Part shown: positions 1 to 10,547 of the stretch, in pieces
How positions within the stretch are numbered: the stretch's first letter is position 1
Layout: the number at the start of each line of letters is the position of its first letter
Assembly (NCBI RefSeq): GCF_036321535.1
Contig: NC_087472.1
Coordinates: forward strand, 93,250,001 to 93,314,000
Direction: 5' to 3'
DNA: 64,000 bases
Source: Camelus dromedarius
Taxonomy: Eukaryota
Notes under the pieces: model-generated
What the model was told of the DNA's origin: nothing
Seen by the model: only the letters and a program-made list of their open reading frames with translations
Databases searched by the model: none
Position numbers and translations under genes: made by a program

Positions 1-39
1 GACATCTTTCCTAATTGGCCACATACAAATTTTATTCAT

Positions 40-255
40 ACTTTGTAAAAGCACATATTATATGGATATATCATAATTATTTTAATCAGTTCTGATAGAT
101 GGGCATTTATATATTTAGATGTTAGTACTGTTATCACTGTGCTACAGTGAATATCTTAAAACATATATCCTTTTGCACCTGTGTGAGTATATCTTCATGA
201 TAAATTTCTTGAAATGTAATGGCTGAATTAAAAGGTGTGCACATTTTAAATCTCC
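40..255 (-). mobile_element. Ancient L1 (L1ME-like) 3' fragment
   Basis: Degenerate antisense L1 ORF2-end motifs (gatgggcattta...gtgaatatctt...aatggctgaattaaaaggtgtgcacattttaaat). Confidence 0.6.
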
Positions 256-584
256 TTAATGGGGATTTAAAGAGAGATAAAAGTGGTTTTGCAATTATAA
301 TGGGAGGTGATATGTCCAATATTATATTAGATACAAAGGGCAGTTTCTAGTGAAAAATTCAGCAGCTTCCAGTATAACCTTGCATAGTGAAAAATGAAAT
401 GCAAGTTGCTTCAAAACACTGTAAAATTTTGGAAGATAAAAGGATGATCTAAATCAGTAGGGGGAGTGTGGGTTGCAGGAGGAGCTTACATATTTATGAC
501 TGGTTTAGAGGATGCCAATATATCTGTCTCAGGTATTGGTCCTTTAGCCCAGACTTTATGATGCATACAAATCAGCCATTAAAA

Positions 585-690
585 TTTGGGTTCTGAGCCT
601 ACAGGTTCAGAATATGGCCTGAGATTCTGCATTCCTAGCGAGCTCCCAGGTGATGCTGATGCTGCTGGGCATGAGGCTTTAGGCAGCCTT
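585..690. mobile_element. MER5A-like hAT-Charlie MITE fragment
   Basis: 'ggcctgagattctgcattcctagcgagctcccaggtgatgctgatgctgctgg' matches the recalled MER5A core. Confidence 0.75.
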
Positions 691-1624
691 CATGGGTCAG
701 AAGTTGAGTTCTAAGGCAGGAGGAATACAAAGTACTAACTGTGGTTTGCACAAGGTAGCACCTTTGGGGAACACCATTCCAGGCAGGGCACCAAGCTACA
801 CACACATCATTGTGTCACTGACACAGTGCCAATTCTAGATCATACTGATTGGTATCATCACCATCATTAGGAAATAACAGTGTTAGCAGTGGCTTATATG
901 TGCTATATGTATTATATAACATAACAGACTTCTGGGCTTAGGGGTAAGATGTCATTGAAGCAAGAAGAGAAGGAATTGGAAGATAACTCTGTGGCTGATG
1001 ACAAAGCATTTGCGTGATCTCATGTAAAACAGCCATATGGATCTCCCGTAAATAACTTGGAGTAGGGTGAGATGGTGGAATTTGTAGCAGGTTGCATGTC
1101 TATAATAGCAGCTTGTGGCAAGGGTTATATATATATGAATAGTTACTATTATTCTGAAACCATTTAACCCCTGAGCAAATATGACTTCAAGAAACATAGG
1201 TTATTCTCTCCTTGCAAACTGCTGTCTGAAATCCATTAATTTGGGGTTCCATTTAGTGCAAAATTTTATTGGAAAATGAAGGTCAAGGGTGAATCATAAC
1301 TTTCTGGAGTTGAATTAGGAATACTTAAGGATGTATCTTATATTTCTTCTCATTGCTCCTACTAACTCACTCTCAAGTGCTCTCATTTACTGTTAGCAGA
1401 ATACTAATTTGAGAACAGACAAAATTTTTTCAGATAGAGACTTTCTATTTACTCAAGTATTCCAATGGAAATAGAACATATGGGAATAACAAAAGTCAAA
1501 GGATATTGTACCTCTCATTATGATATTTGGACAAGCCCATTTACATGTTCATTACTGCTGACCTAAGGACATTAGACAAGTATGCTCCATTATTCTGGCT
1601 TATAAATCATTAATTTTAATTTAA

Positions 1625-1735
1625 GTCACAAATTGGCAACCGGATGTGACCTAAAGTCCTGTCTTATTTGGCCAGTACAGTTTAATTTTTTAAAAATTTC
1701 CATTTGTAATCAACTTTTAAAAATATGAAGATATC
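1625..1735. mobile_element. MER102-like hAT fragment, cut off at the L1 junction
   Basis: 'tttggccagtacagttt...caacttttaaaaatatgaagatatca' resembles recalled MER102. Confidence 0.45.
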
Positions 1736-2874
1736 ATTTCTGGGCTCTCTATTCTGTTCCGTTGGTCTATATGTCTGTTTTTGTACCAATACCATGCTGT
1801 CTTGATGACTGTAGCTCTATAGTATTGTCTGAAGTCTGGGAGAGTTAGTCCTCCAGCCTCTTTCCTTCTCTTCAGTAATGCTTTGGCAATTCTAGGTCTT
1901 TGATGGTTCCAAATAAATTTTATTATGATTTGTTCTAGTTCTGTGAAATATATCCTGGGTAATTTGATAAGGATTGAATTAAATCTGTAGATTCCCTTGG
2001 GCGGTGTGACCATTTTAACAGTATTGATTCTTCCAATCCAAGAGCATGGGATATCTTTCCATTTTTTAAAGTTTTTTTTTTTAAACATTTTTTATTGATT
2101 TATAATCATTTTACAATGTTGTGTCAAATTCCAGTGTTCAGCCCAATTTTTCAGTTATACATGAACATACATATATTCATTGTCACATTTTTTTCTCTGT
2201 GAGCTACCATAAGATTTTGTGTATATTTCCCTGTGCTATACAGTATAATCTTGTTTATCTGTTCTACAATTTTGAAATCCTGTCTATCCCTTCCCACCCT
2301 CCACCCCCTTGGCAAAGTCTTCTTTAATTTACTTAATCAATGGTTTATAGTTTTCTGTGTATAATTCTTTCACCTCCTTGGTTAGATTTATTCCTAGGTA
2401 TTTTATTACTTTGGGTGCTATTTTAAAGGGGATTGTTTCTTTACTTTCTTTTTCTGTTGATTCATTGTTAGTGTAAAGAAATGCAACTGATTTTTGAACG
2501 TTAATCTTGTAACCTGCTACCTTGCTGAATTCTTCGATCAGCTCTAGTAGTTTTTGTGTGGAGCTTTTAGGGTTTTCAACATATAGTAACATGTTGTCGG
2601 CATATGTGACACTTTTACCTCTTCTTTTCCAATTTGGATCCCTTTTATTTCTCTCTCTTGCCTGATTGCTGTGGCTAGGACTTCCAAGACTATGTTGAAT
2701 AGGAGTGGTGATAGTGGGCATCCTTGTCTTGTCCCAGATTTTAGTAGGAAGCTTTTGAGTTTTTCACTGCTGAGTACTATGCTGGCTGTAGGTTTGTCAT
2801 ATACAGCTTTTATTATGTTGAGATACGTTCCCTCTATACCCACTTTGGTGAGAGTTTTTATCATAAATGGGTGC
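1734..2874 (-). mobile_element. Young L1 internal ORF2 (RT region) fragment without its own 3' end, interrupted at ~2072-2313
   Basis: ORFs 2544..2894, 2329..2721 and 1717..2088 translate to L1 ORF2 ([64 protein letters not shown]). Confidence 0.95.
2072..2313 (-). mobile_element. 5'-truncated young L1 3'UTR (~240 bp) nested in the ORF2 fragment
   Basis: Poly-T at 2072-2082, then the reverse complement of the 3'UTR seen at ~37715-37969 and ~43550-43781. TSD candidate aaagtttttttt (2068-2079) / aaagtcttcttt (2314-2325). Confidence 0.9.
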
Positions 2875-2875
2875 C

Positions 2876-2925
2876 ATTGATGTAACCTAATCAAGGAAGT
2901 GGCTTCCTGTTACCTTCAGCATATT
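2876..2925. mobile_element. MLT1 (MaLR) LTR, left piece
   Basis: 'gtaacctaatcaaggaagtggcttcctgttaccttcagcatatt' continues at 4962 after the L1 insert. Confidence 0.65.
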
Positions 2926-4961
2926 TTTCATTTGTTTTTTAGATTTTAAATTGAAATATAGTTAATTTACAATGTTGGGTTAGTTTTGGTTATACATTAT
3001 ATATATAAATATATTCTTTTCCAGATTCTTTTCCATTCTAGGTTATTACAAGATATTGAATATAGTTCCCTGTGCTCTACAGTAGGTCCTTGTTGTTGAT
3101 CTACTTTATATGTAGTGTGGATCTGTTAATCCTAAACTCCTAATGTATCCCTCCCCCTTCCCTTTCTCCTTTGGAAACCATAAGTTTGTTTTCCATGTCT
3201 GTGCGTATGTCTCCACTTTGTAAATGAGTTTCTTGGTATCATTTTTTTAGATTCCACATATAAATGATATCATATGATATTTGTCTTTCTTGGTCTGAGT
3301 TACTTCACTTAGTTTGATAACCTCTAGGTCCATCCCTGTTGCTGCAAATGGCACTATTTCATTCCTTTTTATGGCTGAGTAAGTATTCCATTGCATATGT
3401 ACACCACATCTTCTTTATCCATTCATCTGCCAATGGACATTTAGGTTGCTTCCATGTCTTACTAATGTAAATAGCACTGCTATGAACATTGGGGTGCATG
3501 TATCTTTTTGAATTACTCATGTTTCCTGGATATATGTCCAGAAGTGGTATTGCTGGATCATATGGTAACTCTAGTTTTTTAACAGAACCTCAATTATTGT
3601 TTTCCACAGTGGCTGCACCAATTTACATTCTCACCAACAGTGTAGGAGGGTTCCCTTTTCTCCACACCCTCTCCAGCATTTATTATTTGTATACTTTTTT
3701 AATGATAGCTGTTCTGACTGGTGTGAGGTGATACCACATTTTAGTTTTGATTTGCATTTCTCTGATGATTAGCGATACTGAGCATTTTTTCACGTGCCTG
3801 TTTGTATGTCTTCATTGGAGAATTGCTTGTTTAGGTCTTCTGCCCATTTTCTGATTGGGTTGTTTGTTTTTTGATATTGAGCTGTATGAGCTATTTGCAT
3901 ATTTTTGAAATTAATCCCTTGTCAGTTACATCATTTGTAAATACATTCTTCAATTCTGTAGGTTGTCTTTTTATTTTGTTTATGGTTTCCTTTGCTTTGT
4001 AAAAGCTTTTAAGTATAATTAGGTCCCATTTATTCATCTTTGCTTTTGTTTCCATTACTCTAGAAGATGGAACCAAAAAAGTATTGCTATGATTTATGGT
4101 AAAGAGTGTTCTGCCTGTGTTTTCCTCTAGGAGTTTTATAGTATCCAGTCTTACATTTAGGTCTTCAATCCATTTGGAGTTTATTTCTGTATATGGTGTT
4201 AGAGAATGTTCTAATTTCAGCCTTTACATGTAGCTGTCCAGTTTTCCCAGCACCACTGATTGAAGAGACTGTCTTTTCTCCATTGCATATTCTTGCCTCT
4301 TTTGTTAGAGATTGAGTATAAGTGTGTGGGTTTATTTCTGGGCTTTCTATCCTGTTCCACTGATCTGTTTCTGTTTTTGTGCCAGTACCATGCTTTTTTG
4401 ATTACTGTAGCTTTGTAGTAGTTTCAAGGCAGGGATCATGATTCCTCCAACTCCATTCTTTCTCAAGATTATTTTGGCTATCTGGGTCTTTTGCATACAA
4501 ATTTAAACATTTTTTGTTCTAGTTCTTTGAAAAATGCCATTGGTAATTTCATAGAGATTACATTAAATCTGTAGATTGCCATGGGTAGTATGGTCATTTT
4601 AACAATATTGAGTCTTCCAATCCAAGAACACAGTGTATCAGTATATTGTTCAATGTGTTTGTGTCATCTTCAATTTCTTTCATCAACATCTCGTAATTTT
4701 CGGAGAACAGGTCTTTTACCTCCTTAGGTTTATTCCTAGGTATTTTATTCATTTTGATGTGATGGTAAATGGGATTGTTTCCTTAACTTCTTTTTCTAGT
4801 ATTTCATTGTTAGTGTTTAGAAATGCAACAGATTTCTGTATATTAATTTTGCATCCTGCAACTTTACTGAATTCATTGATAAGCTCCAGTAGTTTTCTGA
4901 TTGCATCTTTAGGATTTTCTATGTATGGTAACATGTCATCTGCAAACAGTGAGTTTTACTT
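2926..4961 (-). mobile_element. 5'-truncated L1 (~2 kb, ORF2 RT to 3'UTR) inserted in MLT1
   Basis: T-rich tail at left and ORF2 remnants (4749..4934 IENPKDAIRKLLELINEFSKVAG). TSD candidate cttcagcatatt (2914-2925) / cttcgccatatt (4962-4973). Confidence 0.93.
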
Positions 4962-5088
4962 CTTCGCCATATTGTTCAGGTTCAGAAGTAACAGGTTCTG
5001 CTCACACTCAAGAAGAAGGGAATACACAAAGGCTTAGATAGCAAGGGGCAGGGATCATGAAGGCCACCTCAGAATCTGTCCACCATAG
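4962..5088. mobile_element. MLT1 (MaLR) LTR, right piece
   Basis: 'acaggttctgctcacactcaagaagaagggaatacacaaagg...gggatcatgaaggccacctcagaatctgtccacca' is a typical MLT1 terminus. Confidence 0.7.
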
Positions 5089-7254
5089 CATGCATTTAAG
5101 CTTCTGTATTTTATTTATGAGAAACTCTGACTCAAAGGCGCTTTTAGGTATCTTTGTAATGAGGCTGTTTATCAAATTTCTAAAGTCACATAAGATTAGA
5201 AACACAGGGTTTCGGCTAGAGGCAGGCATAGTGGCAGAAACAACATCACACAATATGATACTAAGAAACAAAAGGGAAAAATCTACAGAAAAAATACACG
5301 AAGCCCTAGAGGTAAACATCCAAAGAATATGTAGTATAGGGACAAATTTCTCTACCAACTTCCACAAACCCTGAAGGCATCAACACATGAGAACACAATA
5401 CAGTTTCTTTAATAATGGTGATAACCTACAGCCACTGAGCAAAATACACGTTATGTTCAGAATACTCTATTTAAGATACTGAATTTCTATTTAATGTGAA
5501 AATATTTCCTTAAAAATTAATTAATATACATAAATTTGTTTCTAAATTACTCCATGACACTAAACACTTGATATGTTTAATGCACATACTTTTGTTTGTA
5601 TAAATATTTACTTGAGTATATATTAGTATATAGAGGGAGGAAATGATCCTTTGATATACAAGAGGGTACCAAAGGGTAGAAGTTATAAGAAGGCTAATTG
5701 CTCAGTGTATGCTGGCATCTTCTAGTAACAGAGAGTATGTACCAATAAAATGAAGAACTCAGCTTGTCCTCTCTGGAAAAGTACTATCACTGATGGGTTT
5801 ATCCCCTTCCTGGGATCTGTAAATAGAGATGCTAATTCTGTTGGGTGGTTAGACTAGATGAGCTCTTATGACCCTTCTGACTTTTTGTTCCCTTTGAAAG
5901 GTTTGCCTTGGCAATCCTTGTAGATTGCAAGATTCCTTGGGCCAAAGGCCCGATTCTCTTGTACACTTTAGGCTACCTATCTAGTTAATGAAGTTCTGGA
6001 GACCACAGGTGATAAAGAACTAAAGCTACACTTGGGAATGTCCAAGGTACTATAAAATGATTTTACTTGGTCCAGGAGAGAATAAAGAATTAGGAAAGAA
6101 TTCCATTAGCCGATAAGGCATATTAGTTTTTTAACTGATTTCAAAGCAGAAGAAAATGGGCAGGAAGTAGAACCCAGTTGAATAGCCATTTTTAACCTAA
6201 TTTCTCTGCCGCCTCCTTTTTCTCTTAGGCTGCTAAAAGGGCAGTCTGAGCATATGGAAAGGCAATATAATATTTCCAACAAATCCTCTTGCTAATTTGG
6301 AGCAATCTGGATACACTTTTACAATATTTTTGGCAAGAATTAGTACTCTAATTTATAACCTCTCCGTGTAACTTAACTATATTATAATTAATGAGTCTGG
6401 CCTTTCAATTTTATTTATTGTCAACATGCAAAATACACACATATAAGCTCTGCACTGTGCTCTGCCTTCTCTCTCTCTGCCATGGATGGCACACAAATGT
6501 CACACATGAGAATTTTGGGGAAACACATTTAAAAACAGTACACACGTATAAACAGTATTGTCCTTTGTAGTGCTCCACATTGTATGTGTATCTCAAAATT
6601 GAGAACATTAACTCTGAATTTTAATTTTTCTGTTTTTTGGACTACATGGAACAAATGGCATAATAGAGAGCTTAATCTCACTTAACAGTGTCTTTATGAA
6701 CCTATGCATTTTCATGCATATACTGTTTACATTACCATGCACTGAAAGCTGCTCATTGCTACTGCTTTACAAGTGGTGTCACTGTAAAATAAGTTAAACT
6801 CTGTGCTTTTTTGCTTAAAGAGTTAAAGGGGCAATCAAATTCAATACTTTAGACTCTTGCTTTTCATATTATTAAGATGAATAAAACTGAGACCTGGACA
6901 GTTATGGTATTAACAACATTTGGAAAAAATTCAATTAGATTTGATTTCTGGTCCTAAACAATCCAAGTTAAAAACAAAACAAAATTAACAAAACTATTTG
7001 CCAAAGACAGAAAGCTCCCTGCCCCTGAAAATAGGATTTGTCTCTGATGTATCTTTATCATTTCTCAGTGTCTAGCACAGTGAAATACACAAGATTCTAA
7101 ATATATCTGAATTTCCTGGGCCATGACTGCCTACCTGAATGAAAGAAAAGTGAGTAGGTCCATGTATTTCAACATAAATTTTATTATGGAGGAAAGAATG
7201 TTTAAAGATAAAGGTAGAAAGACTGTGGCTGATTAGTACAAGTTTATTAAGAAT

Positions 7255-7345
7255 CCACTATAGAGTAAGGAGTTTCAGCAAAGGATGGATTACTGAGGAG
7301 GACTACAGGCAAGGAAACCAGTTGGAAGGCTATTGCAAACCGAGA
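7255..7345 (-). mobile_element. L2 fragment
   Basis: 'aggcaaggaaaccagttggaaggctattgca' resembles the common antisense L2 motif. Confidence 0.45.
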
Positions 7346-7374
7346 TGGGTAAATGGGTATAAAGAGTAATTACG

Positions 7375-7605
7375 CATTGCAGATTATAGGCCTGGTTCTA
7401 TGCTATATATTTTATGCATATTATCCATAAAATATTTCAGGTAGTCATTATTATTTCAATTTGGCAGAAAAACAAATGAACAAAGAAATAAACAAATACA
7501 CCCCAAAGCTTAGGGAAGCGATGTAACTTGTTTAAGGTCACACACCTCATAAGTGCCAGAATGAAATTCTAACACTTGTCCATTAGACTTCTCAGCCTGT
7601 GCTTC
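7375..7605 (-). mobile_element. MIR SINE
   Basis: Antisense MIR core 'gtaacttgtttaaggtcacacacctcataagtgccaga'. Confidence 0.7.
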
Positions 7606-8379
7606 TCCCACCTCACTTTGCTCCCTCCTGTGAACTGTGAGTTTGTGGAGATGCAGGGGAGAAACTTTGTGAGCTGATAATTGTAGTAGCCTGCAAGGAC
7701 TATTTTGGCTTCTCATTTTTCTTGATTAAATTCATTATTTTTAGATACATACTAGTTTTTTCTTTTTGTACAAAAAGCTAACATTTGACCCTTCTTAGGG
7801 TTAGAGCCTTTCTGAAAGCCTGTACAATGCTGAAGCAGCAAGAGAAAGTTTTTAATTGTATTTGAAAGTTGTAGTAAAATAAATTGTCCATTGTAATAAC
7901 AAAAATGTGATTTTAATGGCTCAATAAATTAAGAATAAGGCCGAAATATGACTGCCTTATCACTACGTACTGTTTTAGGAACACAAAGTCTGTGTTCATA
8001 ATACTAAATTTATCTAGATGTTCTGTAATCACAAAGAGTACTTGGTAATATTAAAATAATTCAAGTAGACAGGATGCTTACAGAGTTATCATTTATGATA
8101 TAAAAATATGAGAAGCCTTCAAATCAACTAGGGAGATTTTTTGTGATCAATTGATAGATTGGATTCCACTCTACCACTTCTGTTTAAAATCAAGTATAAA
8201 ATTCAGAATTCAAAAAACTAAATGAAAGATTTTAAGAAATGTTCTACCTTTTTCCTAACACATGGCAGCTGTAACAAAAATCTTTGAAAATCTATTAATA
8301 TACTTTGTTACTCAATAAAAGATGCTTCTTTGGGTGGAAACAAGAGCAATAAATAAGTGGTTATTTTATACACACACAA

Positions 8380-8680
8380 ATATCTACACTTATACACAAA
8401 AACAGGTATATAACATTCAATATATTTATAAATATGTAATCTACAATGTGTACTATATATTAACTTAAGTGATAATAAAAGTAATATAAATTATGATCTA
8501 TGTAATAATAAACAATTATATATCATATACCAGATAATATATTATTATATACTATATAATGACATATACAATACATAATATAAAACTGTAGTCTGTAATA
8601 CATTATATGGAATAGGTCTTACATATGTGATTATAGAATTTGATACATAAAATAGTACGTTTTATAAAATGTATTCTACT
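8380..8680. repeat. AT-rich low-complexity tract
   Basis: Dense TA/ATA runs with almost no G or C. Confidence 0.5.
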
Positions 8681-8954
8681 TTTGTGTTCATAATTTTTCC
8701 AATCGGATCAGATAAGAGTATATATTTTTCTCCATAAACATCATTTGAAGATTATGCTGTTTTCTCCCTTTCACTTTAACTGACATTATATGAAAGAATC
8801 CTAATCACATTTCACTTCAGAATTTTAAGACTGCCTTTCCATTTCAAAAAATAATCTTAAATTCTAAATTTTTACAGCTTTTAAACAGCTAAACACACAG
8901 TTACCTATTCAAACAATCCACAGAGTGTTACTTATGAGATTGAAAGAGAACAAG

Positions 8955-9160
8955 GTATTTGAGCACCGATTACCTACGTGGTGATTTACGTAAGCAATCT
9001 CATAATCCTCACATCAATCCTGTGAGAGATATACAGTTATAACCCTTTATAAATGGGTTATAATTACTTAGATAATTAGCTTTTCTAAAATCTTGCCAGG
9101 ATTTGAACATAAATGTATTAACCTCAAATGTGATTCTCTTTGCACTGTACTATATTGCTA
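8955..9160 (-). mobile_element. MIR SINE (degenerate)
   Basis: 'tatttgagcacc...aatcctcacatcaatcctgtgag...ccaggatttgaac'. Confidence 0.6.
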
Positions 9161-9191
9161 TCCTACCATGGTTTATGTAACATGTACTTTT

Positions 9192-9311
9192 TGGGGGGGT
9201 GGGGTGGTAATTAGGTTTATTTATTTATTTCTTAATGGAGGCACTGGAGATTGAACCCAGGACCACGTACATGCTATGCAGGCATCCTACCACTGAGCTG
9301 TACCCTCCGCC
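9192..9311 (-). mobile_element. tRNA-derived SINE, camelid Vic-1-like
   Basis: Reverse complement reads GGCGGAGGGTACAGCTCAGTGGTAG (A-box)...GGTTCAATCTCC (B-box)...AAATAAATAAACCTAATTACC, then a C-run and an A tail. 12-bp TSD acatgtactttt (9180-9191) / acatttactttt (9312-9323). Confidence 0.88.
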
Positions 9312-10547
9312 ACATTTACTTTTATACAGGAAGAAAACTTGTAGTTTATCTTTGACAAAATAGGCAGAAAATAAATAATTTTCCAGACTGGATAAAGTAA
9401 GCCATTTCTACAACACTATCCAATAAAATTCTTAAGAAATACAGTGTCTGAGGAGAGCTTACTTATACCCCCAGCACAGTAATTAACCTGAGTTCTATGC
9501 TATTTGTCCATGAAATGTTTTCCTAATTTGTGACTTTTACATTTTATCTGTAGTTTGAAGAAATCAATAGCAAGCTATAGATTCTCCTATTACCTTGAGT
9601 CATTATCCCATGTTATTATGAAGAAGAATCTCAGAGAATCATATTAAACCTAAACTTTCTAACCTTGTGTTTTCATCATTACATAAGATTGATATTGAAG
9701 GCGGTTTTGAGAACTATCCAAGCTTGTAATAGAAGGTTATTTTAGGAAGGTACGCTGTATTAATCCCAGCATGGGTTATTGATGTTAGCATCAGGGTATG
9801 GGGAAATTTAGGTAGGCATGACCTTAAGATAAAATGGCCCCTCTGCTGCAAAGGGAATACCCTAGCAGAGCTCTTGCTTTAGGGATAATTACCCTGTGAG
9901 ATGAATGATCTTGGTTTGTCCATACCTTATATTCAGCTTCCATGGACTGTATTGCCCTTTACCTACAAAACCAGAATAATAGTAAATATCACAATCTAGG
10001 ACCTGACAATCGTGCATGTTTTCAGTAAACTCCCTAGAAATGACAGGCATCCATCCCGTCATCGTATTTATATTGATAAAAACAAGAGGCTTTTAGAAAC
10101 TTTGCCCTAGTTCATTGTTCCCTTTTCAATAGTTTGTGTTTTTTGATAGTTAATTTATATTATATTCCAGCAATTTAATACCAATAATAAACTGAATTTA
10201 CCTAACACAGATTTTGAAACCCCAAATTGTTTAATTACACCAATTAATTGAGTGTTTATTAAATGTTCCTATGTATTTCTTTTGTAAGTTAATAGATAGA
10301 AACTCTTTCAGTCTATAGTTGATTTATAAGTTAGTTTTTAAAGAGTATTTCTATTTTTCGTTCCTTTACTTCTACTGAGATTTTGAGCTCAGATTCTCCC
10401 ATCACTTTCTATCTGTTTTCATTCGTTCTTGTGGACAGGTATGAAGGTGCAATGAATGGCAGTAGATGGAAGATAGGTTTATAGAATCATTATCAAACAC
10501 ACTGGCATTTTAAGATAGAGCTTAATTCTGATAAGTTAGAAATGTAA

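Noticed and set aside
5008..5374. Overlapping 119-aa (-) and 105-aa (+) ORFs in mostly unique DNA
   Set aside because: No recognisable domain, both overlap an MLT1 LTR at one end, and there is no exon context. Lengths are within chance expectation.
8968..8999. Small hairpin gattacctacgt...acgtaagcaatc
   Set aside because: 12-bp arms with two mismatches inside a decayed MIR; too short for a pre-miRNA and compatible with chance.
9230..9311. Possible tRNA gene
   Set aside because: It has a SINE tail and TSD, and the tRNA-like body carries substitutions. It is a SINE copy.
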